Of a stretch of 64,000 bases of DNA, positions 50,801-59,960 are shown in pieces (the first letter of the stretch is position 1; each line of letters begins with the position of its first letter). The position numbers and the translations under genes are program-made. Origin of the DNA: Candidatus Poribacteria bacterium (GTDB lineage Bacteria; Poribacteria; WGA-4E; JAJDTR01); the NCBI GenBank assembly GCA_965232235.1, contig OZ246960.1, positions 871,058 through 935,057 on the forward strand, written 5' to 3'. The notes under the pieces were generated by a model. The model was not told the DNA's origin. It worked only from the letters and a program-made list of their open reading frames with translations, and searched no databases.

Positions 50801-52594
50801 TCACACCCTGACAACACTTCGCCTCTGTTTCCTAACTGCTGCCTGATCGATCCTCTGCTGCGCTGTCGTCATGATGCGAGAGCGGCAGGCGCCCTGCACC
50901 GCGTCCGGTGCATCGTTGTGATCCGCCGACGGGAATTGCCTGAACTGCTTCCAGAACTCCGGCGGCAACTCCCGCTCGTTGAACGCCAGCCATCCGTTCG
51001 CTATCGCAGGCTCAAGCGTTTCGATCCGGTCTTCCTTGTTCTGGTGCTGCTCGTGATACGTAATCACCCCTTCAAAGCGATGGCGCTCTTTCGTGGCACG
51101 AAACGCATGATCGGTTGACATTCGTATTGTGCCGTCCGTGTCCGGTCTCTGTTCGCATACGAAGTTGGTCTTCGGGTAAGCGGGCGCCAACATCGCTTCC
51201 GCGCGCTGCGCCAGCAGGATGGCGTTCTCCATCTGCTCCGTCAACGGAGCGCGCTCCAGCCACGCCAGCATCACGTACCCGTTCACTCCGGATAGCGAGT
51301 CGGGATTCATCGATTGCCCGCCGAGGAGCGGCTCCCACGCCACCACAACGGCGCACGCATAACTGTTCGCAACCGCATCGCGGCCGCCCATGGTGTCGAG
51401 ATACGTCGTGAATCCGCCGATATCGTGCCACGGCACGACACGCCCGTCGCTCCGGCGAAAGCCTTCGTCCGTGACGGAGAACGTGATCGCTGCGTCCATG
51501 TTGAACAGCGACATGGAGGGATCGCGCGCATCGTTCTGGAGTTCGCGCATGACGCTGTGGTAGCCGCGTTCCACGACCTCCTTCCGCACTCGGAGATACG
51601 GCAACTCCTTCTCCCACAGCATCGACACGCCCGCCGTCATCTCATTCTCATGTTCGTTGAAGAACGCGTCCGCCTTGCTCTCGCGATCCAGGTCATCGAG
51701 CGTCGTGTCGCTGTAGAACCGCTCCCACTCTTTCCACAGATACTCGGCGGTAGGGTGATAAACATCTTTGGGATAACGCACCGCTTCGTAGCGCAGCGTC
51801 TCCCAACCGGGCACGGTGCGGAGATGTTCGGACAGCGATTCGGGGTGTTTCACCGTGTCAACTATCATGGTGTTGGAGTGCTTGCTCCCCAAGTCGCCGG
51901 CGTACATAAAGTCGGTCATGAACCAGTCCCTGTCTTCTTCGCGCAGCTCGGGATTCAGGCAGCGTTTCGGATCTTCGATGTCGTCGCACAGTTTCAACGT
52001 CGGGCGCACATCGCCGAGCAGTGCGCCCCGAGGCGACGCGCCCCGTCCGAGCGGTCTTAGCCCAACGCCGTTGCTGGTATCGGTCTCCGTCTTTGACCAC
52101 GGATCGCCGACCAGGTCGCCAAAATCTTGTCTGATAAAAGGATTGCGTTCGAGGACTTGGCGAATTTCGGTGATGCGTTGGCGCGCCATGCGCTCGTTTC
52201 GGCCCACGATGAGGATAAACTCCTCAGGCGGTCTATCCATGGCGATATCGAAGTCCTTGTAGCAGATCCGCCAGATGGGGATTAGGCGGTTGACAATTGT
52301 TGTCTTTCCGGTGCCGCGCGGCGCTTGGACGTTTACCTGTTGCCCGTAGTCGCCGGGTTTTATCGCGTTCAATATCTGAAGATGAAAGTCTTGAAATTCG
52401 AGGATGCGATAGCTGATGTTTCTGATATAGTACCAGATGAATAGTTCCGGATACAGATATCCGGCGTGCGCTCTAAGACTCCTCGCCATCTTCGGATTCT
52501 TGCGCATCTGCCTCACAACATGCTGCGATATAAGTAATCGCGGCAGCGTTGACATCGTCTGGATGAGAGTCTTCGAGGGTACTATCTTTGTCAT
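50801..52594 (-). CDS. phage terminase large subunit (TerL)
   Basis: Walker A VQAPRGTGKTT; acidic LKLCDDIED box; C-terminal RNaseH-like nuclease motifs including SADHNDAPDAV; the real start may be the internal Met at 52489. Confidence 0.65.
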   Translation of the reverse strand: MTKIVPSKTLIQTMSTLPRLLISQHVVRQMRKNPKMARSLRAHAGYLYPELFIWYYIRNISYRILEFQDFHLQILNAIKPGDYGQQVNVQAPRGTGKTTIVNRLIPIWRICYKDFDIAMDRPPEEFILIVGRNERMARQRITEIRQVLERNPFIRQDFGDLVGDPWSKTETDTSNGVGLRPLGRGASPRGALLGDVRPTLKLCDDIEDPKRCLNPELREEDRDWFMTDFMYAGDLGSKHSNTMIVDTVKHPESLSEHLRTVPGWETLRYEAVRYPKDVYHPTAEYLWKEWERFYSDTTLDDLDRESKADAFFNEHENEMTAGVSMLWEKELPYLRVRKEVVERGYHSVMRELQNDARDPSMSLFNMDAAITFSVTDEGFRRSDGRVVPWHDIGGFTTYLDTMGGRDAVANSYACAVVVAWEPLLGGQSMNPDSLSGVNGYVMLAWLERAPLTEQMENAILLAQRAEAMLAPAYPKTNFVCEQRPDTDGTIRMSTDHAFRATKERHRFEGVITYHEQHQNKEDRIETLEPAIANGWLAFNERELPPEFWKQFRQFPSADHNDAPDAVQGACRSRIMTTAQQRIDQAAVRKQRRSVVRV

Positions 52595-53117
52595 TCAGTA
52601 ACTTTTGCAACTTCTCCCCGTGCGCAGCCGCCCTGTCTTGCGCTTCCAACGATTGCACCCGCGCCCGCATCTGGCTCAGATGTGTGCTGTCGCTCTCGGC
52701 GTTCATCGCCTTGATGTCGGCAATCAGCCCCTTCATGGCTTCCACATGGGCGGGGATGAGCAGACCCGTCGTGCGTTCCAACTCCTCCTGCCTCGCACGG
52801 TGCGCTATCGCGCCGTATTTTTCGCTGTCAAAGTGAGGGCTGTGCGGATTAAATGCCTGAATCGCCTCTTCTATCTCCCGATAATCCTTACAATAGTTCT
52901 GCTGGGGTGTCTTGTCCTCAATTTTAGATTGGCAATCGGGACAGGCCTCATAGATTTCGCGGATAACCGTATCGGGCGAGTCAAGTATCGCGAGTTTCCT
53001 CGCAATCATCTCGCGTATGGCTTTCCCTTCAAGATGCTTATTCCATTCAACTCTTTCCTGTGCCACATCCACATGAGAACTCCTGAACCCCGGTGGTGAG
53101 TAAATAAAGACTCGCAA
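52473..53117 (-). CDS. hypothetical protein; candidate small terminase subunit by position only
   Basis: Immediately upstream of, and overlapping, the TerL start; CPDC Cys pair. Confidence 0.25.
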   Translation of the reverse strand: MRVFIYSPPGFRSSHVDVAQERVEWNKHLEGKAIREMIARKLAILDSPDTVIREIYEACPDCQSKIEDKTPQQNYCKDYREIEEAIQAFNPHSPHFDSEKYGAIAHRARQEELERTTGLLIPAHVEAMKGLIADIKAMNAESDSTHLSQMRARVQSLEAQDRAAAHGEKLQKLLNDKDSTLEDSHPDDVNAAAITYIAACCEADAQESEDGEES

Positions 53118-53908
53118 AAGTAAGTCTCGATCGTCAGATCAAGATGGAGCCCTTTCTGGCTCGCAAGTCTCCATTACTCACTGTTCCTTAAATCACCACT
53201 GTCGACCCTACGACAATCTCTAGGCTTTACGTTCTGGCGGCAATCCTCGCGTCTGCACTACGAAGTTGGTTCATGCAATAAAAAAAACCCGCCAGCGGTG
53301 TCACTAAAAAGCAGTGGCTAGCGGCCAGTCGCCAGTGACCAGTGAAAGCCAGGAGATTCTCTTGGCGTTACTGACCACTAACTGCTGACCACAAGCCACT
53401 GGGTTTCAATGACTTCCACTAACGGGCTTGTCTTGGTTGCGTTTTCCGATGAACGCGGTTCAAATTGTTTTATGTACGGCTGCTATGAGGACGAGTGCCG
53501 ACAGCGGCAACCGACGTAATTTTACCATGTTGGGGCGGGTTTTTCAATCGTCAAAAATAAGTTTGAACACTGGGGGAGAAGCAGTGAGGAGGGAAGGATG
53601 AGGGGGCAGAGACGGGAAGAAGAGAGTAGGGGAATGCGTGGAAACAATAGATCGGAGAAAATAGAGGAATGGGCACGGTGGTTGGGTAAGAGGATTGGTT
53701 AAAGGGATTCTAGAGATTCCTTTCGCCATCATTATGGGAAATCTGTCGCACCGGATGTGCTTTCGTTTAACCTCCTTTGATCGAATTGTATCCAGTAGGA
53801 CATGGTGGAGAAACTCCTTTCTTTTGCTTGGCGTTTCCGAGCCCTATTGTCGCCCAGATGATGACCATTGTTCCAGTCGAATGGATCTCTTATTCAACTG
53901 TCTAGTTT

Positions 53909-54313
53909 TTGGGGGTAATTACAGCTTTCTATCTGACTTTGAACACGGCGTTTCTGGCACTGATTGGATATACCCTCAGATCTGGTACAAACAATGAAAA
54001 TTTAACTTCGATACTTTTTATTCCCATTGCATCATTATTGGGGTTAGTTCTATCTCACTTGTGGTTCAGAACAATAAAATCTCATAAGCAACTCAATATT
54101 GGGAAGTTTGATGTTATTCTTCTGATGGAAAGAGAGTTGCCGTTTGCGCCATACACTGCCGAATGGAAATCTCTTGAAGAAGGAAAGAATCCCAATAGGT
54201 ATCAAGAAATTACAAACATTGAGTCGAGGCTACCGAAGATTTTTGCCGGAATGTACGTGGTATTCGGAACACTGCACATTGTTCCAATATTAGTCAGTAA
54301 AATCGGCGGGTAA
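53909..54313 (+). CDS. small 2-TM membrane protein (134 aa) inside the cassette
   Basis: Two hydrophobic helices at the N-terminus and another at the C-terminus; low-GC codon usage. Confidence 0.4.
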   Translation: MGVITAFYLTLNTAFLALIGYTLRSGTNNENLTSILFIPIASLLGLVLSHLWFRTIKSHKQLNIGKFDVILLMERELPFAPYTAEWKSLEEGKNPNRYQEITNIESRLPKIFAGMYVVFGTLHIVPILVSKIGG

Positions 54314-54520
54314 AACGTCAAGCACCTCTATCGTTTTCCATGCCCACTCCCTATCACTTTCTTTCTCTTCCTCAGATAAATCATCATAGTTGATTTTAAT
54401 TTGGCGGCGCCATCTGGAAATATTTTCGTCTGTGAGGTTCTCAAGCATATAACTCGTCCAGTGCGCCCATTGCTCATGTTCGAGCGCTGCGAGCTTTTCA
54501 ATCAGTTCTTTGGAAACCAT
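54290..54520 (-). CDS. small hypothetical protein (76 aa) inside the cassette, convergent with the membrane protein
   Basis: ORF track from the internal Met MVSKELIEKL. Confidence 0.3.
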   Translation of the reverse strand: MVSKELIEKLAALEHEQWAHWTSYMLENLTDENISRWRRQIKINYDDLSEEEKESDREWAWKTIEVLDVLPADFTD

Positions 54521-55347
54521 TTTTTCTTCCTTAAATACTATGATTGTTAAGCAACCGTAACTAACAAAATTACAGATCAATATTATAACAGTTTCTCATA
54601 ACATGTCAACTCGTTCCGTCCCCACCCTTGCTTGAACCTTCATCACTTCCACCCGTTATACGTCCCCGCCTGATAAAAAGCTACTAATAAACTAGTAGTC
54701 ATTATGTACTCTTTCCGCAGCACATTTGTCTCTTAATGATATAAAACACTGTTCTGGCGGAAAATTTTTTCGCAAACACGCATTCCAGCGACGTGGTAGA
54801 TGCTTGATGCTGAGTCAAGTCGATCTCTATTGGACTAACTATGGGAACTAACACCGCCTTCGCTATTCACACAGTTGATCGCTCGGTTATTCGCAATCCA
54901 CTTGCGTGAGGGATTTTCTATCGCGGTCATTATTCATGCGCTTGATCGGACGAGTGCCAACGGGGTCAGCCGAGATAATTTTAACATGTTGGGGCGGGTT
55001 TTTCAATCGTCAAAAATCCTGCTGAACATTGGAGAGGGCTGTGGCGAGTCGGGAGGGATGAGGGGGAGAAGACGGGAATTCGTGAAACAAAAAAAAAGCC
55101 CGCTAGCGGGAGCGTTCATGGAGGCGAAACCACTTCCGCTGACGGGCTCGGCTTGGTGTTGCACACTGGAACTTGTAGTGTGCGACTAGCTTGTTTTTAT
55201 ACACGTTAGGAGGTGTATATTTTCATAGACGGGATCGGTTTTTGGAGGTTTAGAGAGAAGGGCGTTTTTTTTGGGGATTAAGGGGAACCGCGGGGGAATG
55301 GATAGCCAGAAAACGGGGATGGATAGAGCGCGCCGATTGACTGTTGA

Positions 55348-55704
55348 TTAATTGTCCCGTAATCTGGGCGCGGTGAAACGGAACAGCAGGATTAATGCGA
55401 TCACGATGGTTAGCACCAGGAGCACTCGATTATTGGTTTCTCTGTCTCTTTTCTCGCGGTGCTCACGCACGTCTATCTGTGTCCTGAGGTTGGCATTTTC
55501 GACTTCTGCTTCGGAAAGTACGAGTTTGAGTTTCGCGTTCTCTTCCCTCAAACCCTTGATTGTCTCGCCCTGATCGACGGTACTAATCGTGTCCTCGGAA
55601 CCCACATCGGCTCTTACGACCGTCCTTGAAGCGCCAAAATGGGGTGGCACACAGATCGCACATAGGAGTATTATGCACCGGAAAAGGGTTTTCGGGTCGA
55701 GCAT
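55348..55704 (-). CDS. small coiled-coil protein with an N-terminal signal and a C-terminal TM helix
   Basis: ORF track. Confidence 0.3.
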   Translation of the reverse strand: MLDPKTLFRCIILLCAICVPPHFGASRTVVRADVGSEDTISTVDQGETIKGLREENAKLKLVLSEAEVENANLRTQIDVREHREKRDRETNNRVLLVLTIVIALILLFRFTAPRLRDN

Positions 55705-56057
55705 GTTTGGCTCCGTGTGCGTCGGGTTGGGGCGCGTGACGGAGGAAGGGCGCCCTCAGTGATGTTAAACATAGCACGGCTGCCGCGGTTTGTCAACGGG
55801 AGGAGGCAGGATTGGACAGACTTGTCGCGTGGTGCGGCGGTCGGGCGGCGCAACCGAGATCGGTGATGACGGAGAAAACGGGAGGGATGGGAGTGGAAAC
55901 CATGGAGTCTGTCAGGAGATGCATTCGGATAGAGTGTTGTTCATGGGTGTAATGAGAAACATCTTGACGCGAGGGACTGCCTCCCGTAGTATGAAGGATA
56001 GGTGACACCGCGAACGGAGACGGACCGACCAAGATTTTGAAGTGTCTATAAGGTACA

Positions 56058-57023
56058 ATGACGAAGATGATTAAAAGGGACCTACAATATTACGTGGAGA
56101 AGATGAAGCGCTTGAAGATTGACAGGGCGCACGGTCCGGCGCCGCATAAGCCGGCGCTGCTGCTGTCGGTCATCGCGCTGATTGAGGATGGGCTAGTTAC
56201 AGAGAATCGAATTGAGTTGTCCCCCGAAATGGCGGAGATCTTCATCCGATATTGGTCGAGGGTCACTAATCGAAAGCCTGATATTTCGTTGCCATTTTTC
56301 CACCTGCAGAGTGATGAGTTCTGGCATCTGCACCCAAACACGGGTTACGAAACGGCTCTGCGTGTTGCCAACCAGATTAAAGGGATTTCTCGGATTCGCG
56401 AGGTTGTTGCATACGCTGGTTTGGACGATGAGTTATTTCTGTTACTCACTGACGCGGTCGATAGAGAGACGATTCGTCGAACACTAATACGTACGTATTT
56501 CCAGGAATATATTAAACAGATTGGGGAGTTGATTGAGGAGGAGCAGCAGATCGGAGCGTACAGAGAATCGTTAATTGACGAAGTTGAATCGCCGTTTTCA
56601 ACGACGAAACCAAAAAGGCAAACTGGGGCTTACACCAAGGTACGCGATGCCGGGTTTCGGCAAGCGATCATGCGACTATACGATTACACTTGTGCGGTTT
56701 GCGAGTTGCGTATCGTCACTATGGATGGCGAGAGTGCAAGTGAAGCGGCTCATATCATCCCGTTTCGTGTTTCGCAGAATGACGATACACGGAACGGAGT
56801 CTCATTGTGCAAATTGCACCATTGGGCGTTCGACAGAGGACTGTTTTCGTTGAGCGAGAACCATCGGGTGGTTGTTTCCGGGTTGATGTCGGAGGATCGT
56901 CCAACGGAGTGGAAGTTGACGGAACTTGAAGACACACGTATTCAGTTACCGGATAGGGTTCAATTTCGCCCTGCACAGGAAGCAATGGCGTGGCACCGGG
57001 AAAATGTGCTCAAGCAGAATTGA
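56058..57023 (+). CDS. HNH_2-type endonuclease with an N-terminal DNA-recognition-like domain; candidate modification-dependent (type IV) restriction enzyme
   Basis: CAVCEL..EAAHIIPF..NGVSLCKLHHWAFDRGLFSL HNH motif at the C-terminus; N-terminal HKPALLLSVIALIEDG block. Confidence 0.5.
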   Translation: MTKMIKRDLQYYVEKMKRLKIDRAHGPAPHKPALLLSVIALIEDGLVTENRIELSPEMAEIFIRYWSRVTNRKPDISLPFFHLQSDEFWHLHPNTGYETALRVANQIKGISRIREVVAYAGLDDELFLLLTDAVDRETIRRTLIRTYFQEYIKQIGELIEEEQQIGAYRESLIDEVESPFSTTKPKRQTGAYTKVRDAGFRQAIMRLYDYTCAVCELRIVTMDGESASEAAHIIPFRVSQNDDTRNGVSLCKLHHWAFDRGLFSLSENHRVVVSGLMSEDRPTEWKLTELEDTRIQLPDRVQFRPAQEAMAWHRENVLKQN

Positions 57024-57239
57024 GTAATCGGTGTGATCGGAGAGATTTGTGTCGCGCGGGTTTGGGGGCAGAACAGAATGAGCGCCGGAACCTAGGATCC
57101 CTATCGCCCTCCCTATCCGGTCGGTTAATCTCACGCTGGAGCGGGGAATCGCGACCGGGAGGTCGCTCCCACAAAGGCTGGTGCGCGGTGCGCACCCTAC
57201 ATATAGATTTGTTCCCACCCCACAACTACTCCCGTGACG

Positions 57240-58031
57240 TCACTTGCGCTGATCCGGAGGGGTGGGTTTACGCTTTGGAGGTGTGGGTTGGTTCATTTTT
57301 CTTAATTCGGCCCATGCATTGCTTGAGATCCACTTATCGGGGTGCTTTTCCAGCCGTTGAAGCCCCTTCTTCCTCTGGTCAAGATCGGGGATGGACATGA
57401 CTTCGCAGAATGCTTCCAAGACCGGGAGTTTTTTCTGGTAGTATTCCCGGGACAATTGCCAGGTGGCTTGCTCGTTGCGAATGGAAGCTTCGAAGTAATG
57501 CTCTTCCGTCATGTCGAGTTTGGTTCGAATTTCGGATTCGCGGGCGTGCATGCTCCAATTCTCATCCAAGATCACGGCATTGTCGGGAACGAATTCGGGG
57601 AATTTTGAGATCTTCAGGAAGTAGACCAGGTCCTCCGTCTCTGAAAACATAGGACCTTCCGTGTGACCTGAGATATCGCACTGATACGCGAGAAGGGTCG
57701 CCGGGCTGCGTTCAGGTTGCGGCTTTAGTTTCTTGTTGATTTCTTTCAGGTCGCGTTCGGAAAAGAGGGCTTGTACGATCTTTTCTTTCGCGTAGAGTAC
57801 CCGGTTGATTCGGATTGTATGCAAGGAACCGTCGTCTGATGTATCGATGATGGGTGACTTCCAATTGACAATGACGAACTGGGTGCTGGTGACCCTTCCG
57901 AAGAACACGATATCGGATTTCTCGACGAGTTCGTGAATATGAATCACCGACGAGATGGCGTGAGCCAGAATGGTTGGAATGACGGATAGCGCTAGAACGG
58001 CGATGCCTGATAACCAAGAATGGCGTTTCAT
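57240..58031 (-). CDS. secreted hypothetical protein (263 aa)
   Basis: Signal peptide MKRHSWLSGIAVLALSVIPTILAHA. Confidence 0.35.
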   Translation of the reverse strand: MKRHSWLSGIAVLALSVIPTILAHAISSVIHIHELVEKSDIVFFGRVTSTQFVIVNWKSPIIDTSDDGSLHTIRINRVLYAKEKIVQALFSERDLKEINKKLKPQPERSPATLLAYQCDISGHTEGPMFSETEDLVYFLKISKFPEFVPDNAVILDENWSMHARESEIRTKLDMTEEHYFEASIRNEQATWQLSREYYQKKLPVLEAFCEVMSIPDLDQRKKGLQRLEKHPDKWISSNAWAELRKMNQPTPPKRKPTPPDQRK

Positions 58032-58129
58032 TTTTGCCTCCGACGGCGGTTGGTCGATGGTGTTGTCCGTGACGATGCTGGGAATGCAGGGGTTCGTTGG
58101 GGGACATTATCGCACATGAGCTGCCGATT

Positions 58130-58720
58130 TTGCAAACCGTATGGGATCAAGCGAATGAAAAATGAGTGCGATTGGGATTCTAAGGCGATGGAAATTTCTA
58201 ATGGCTATTCGCAGATTGTAGAGGGTGGAGTTCTGTTGCGGGGATAGGGCGGGCGTGGGAGATCTATGTCGTCGTACGGATGAGATCACAATCTAACAGA
58301 TTGTGGTACTGGGATCGGGCGCGGGAACCGCGCCCCTACGACGCATCGGGTTTGTTGAGGGATTTGCTATTGCGCACACATCTTTATCGGCGTAGAGAGA
58401 GATCACAATCTAACAGATTGTGGTACATGGCTTTTGTGCTTGATCACATGCGGCTAATCGGGGCAAGGGAATCTCTATCGCGGTCGCTATCCACTCCCTT
58501 GATTCCCTCCTACAACCGGGCGGAGGGAGATTTCTGTTGCGGGGATGGGGCGCGGAGACCGCGCCCCTACGAACCCGACTGGGCAGGGGATTTCTATCGC
58601 GCGAAGATCTCTATCGGGATGGACTATCGCGTTCCCTATTCGGTCACTTGATCCCTCACTATCCGTTCGGTTGATCTTATCCAGTCGGTTGATTCCCGCC
58701 TACAGATTTATTCAGAAGGG
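58130..58720. repeat. dense cluster of R1-family repeats, GTAG-REP hairpins and a duplicated palindrome atcacaatctaacagattgtggtac (58283, 58400)
   Basis: Seen directly. Confidence 0.65.
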
Positions 58721-58721
58721 C

Positions 58722-59285
58722 TTACGATCTGGCGGCAAAACTTGCGTCAAGCGTGCCGCCGGGAGAGAAAATATCCCCCAAGCCGACCGGTGTCTCTTTC
58801 GTCTGATCGCCGCCGCCTGAATCGCCCTCGACATGCAATTCCATATCTTTCGCGGCTTGCTGGCTCTCCTTTTCAGCCGCCGTCTGATACATCTTACCGA
58901 AGATGTCGGACACGCCGATCACGTCTCCGCGCAAAAACGCATACGCCGCCTCCCAGAGTTGCGGCTCCGAGGCGTCGGGGTGTTTCATGCGGATTTCCTT
59001 CTCCGTCTCAAGAATCTTCATCTTCAAATCCTGCCGATACTGATTCTCAAGGATAAGCCGCTGTTCCTCGGTAATCTCGTCGCCGTTCTGCTGCGGCAGG
59101 CCGCCCAGACTCTCGATGATAGTCGCAATCTTCTGATCCATCGACAACGCTGCGGACGGTTCGGGCAATCCCTCGATCTGGATGCCTTGTTTCCCCAAGG
59201 TATCAATAACTTCGTCGAGGGTCATGGTGCGCTTGGTGTCGGTGTCTTGCTGCTGGTTTTGTTCTGTTGGTTGAGTTGGTGCCAT
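58722..59285 (-). CDS. acidic hypothetical protein (187 aa)
   Basis: ORF track. Confidence 0.3.
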   Translation of the reverse strand: MAPTQPTEQNQQQDTDTKRTMTLDEVIDTLGKQGIQIEGLPEPSAALSMDQKIATIIESLGGLPQQNGDEITEEQRLILENQYRQDLKMKILETEKEIRMKHPDASEPQLWEAAYAFLRGDVIGVSDIFGKMYQTAAEKESQQAAKDMELHVEGDSGGGDQTKETPVGLGDIFSPGGTLDASFAARS

Positions 59286-59319
59286 GATATGTCCTCCTGG
59301 TGCGGATGAGTTTGGTTTG

Positions 59320-59960
59320 CGTAACGGGCGAGGGAAGATCTCTATCGCCTTCCTTGTTCAGTCAGTTGATCCTCGCCCCTACAGGTCAAATGGCTCGACA
59401 GAGCATAGTCGCGATTCGGAGATCGCTCCTACAACCGTATAGCTCACATTGCACTCCGCTGGAGTGCGGAGATTTGACGTATGGTGTTTCTATTGACATT
59501 GCACTGCGCTGCAGTGCGATGGAAGGTGTGGGACTTACTATCGCGCTCGTTATTCACTCGCTTGATCCCACCCTACAACTGCTAAATCGCGACCTGGAAA
59601 TCGCTCCTACAAATGGAGAGAAATCTCTATAGCGCCCGATGCCTCACATTGCGCTCCGCTGGAGCGCATAGGCGAATATGGCGATTTTCTATTGACATGC
59701 CGCTCCGCTGGAGCGGGGAATCGCGACCGGGAGGGGGATTTCTATCGTCCTCGTTATCCACTCGCTTGATCGTTCCTACAGGTCAAATCATGCCGGTGTC
59801 CATGCCCGACGCGACATTTTGGTTAAGGGGATTTCCTATCGTCCTCCCTATCCGGTCGGTTGATGGATTCCCGCGGGATTTACTATTAGGATTTGCTACC
59901 GCACTCACTATCCGTTCGCTTGATCCCTCGCTATTCGGTCGGTTGATCTCCGTTGGTTGA
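59320..59960. repeat. dense cluster of R1 repeats plus two ttctattgacat+hairpin modules and GTAG-REPs
   Basis: Seen directly. Confidence 0.65.

Larger units (their letters stand above)
53490..55105. mobile_element. AT-rich cassette bounded by about 155-bp imperfect direct repeats (53490..53648 and 54948..55105)
   Basis: Both ends share ..gacgagtgccRacRgNgNcaRccgaNNtaattttaMcatgttggggcgggtttttcaatcgtcaaaaat..ggatgaggggg.agaRgacgggaa. Confidence 0.4.

Noticed and set aside
53440-53470. Possible tRNA T-arm (cggttcaaattg)
   Set aside because: No flanking acceptor or anticodon stem could be folded. No other tRNA-like GTTCRA-CC context was seen in the window.
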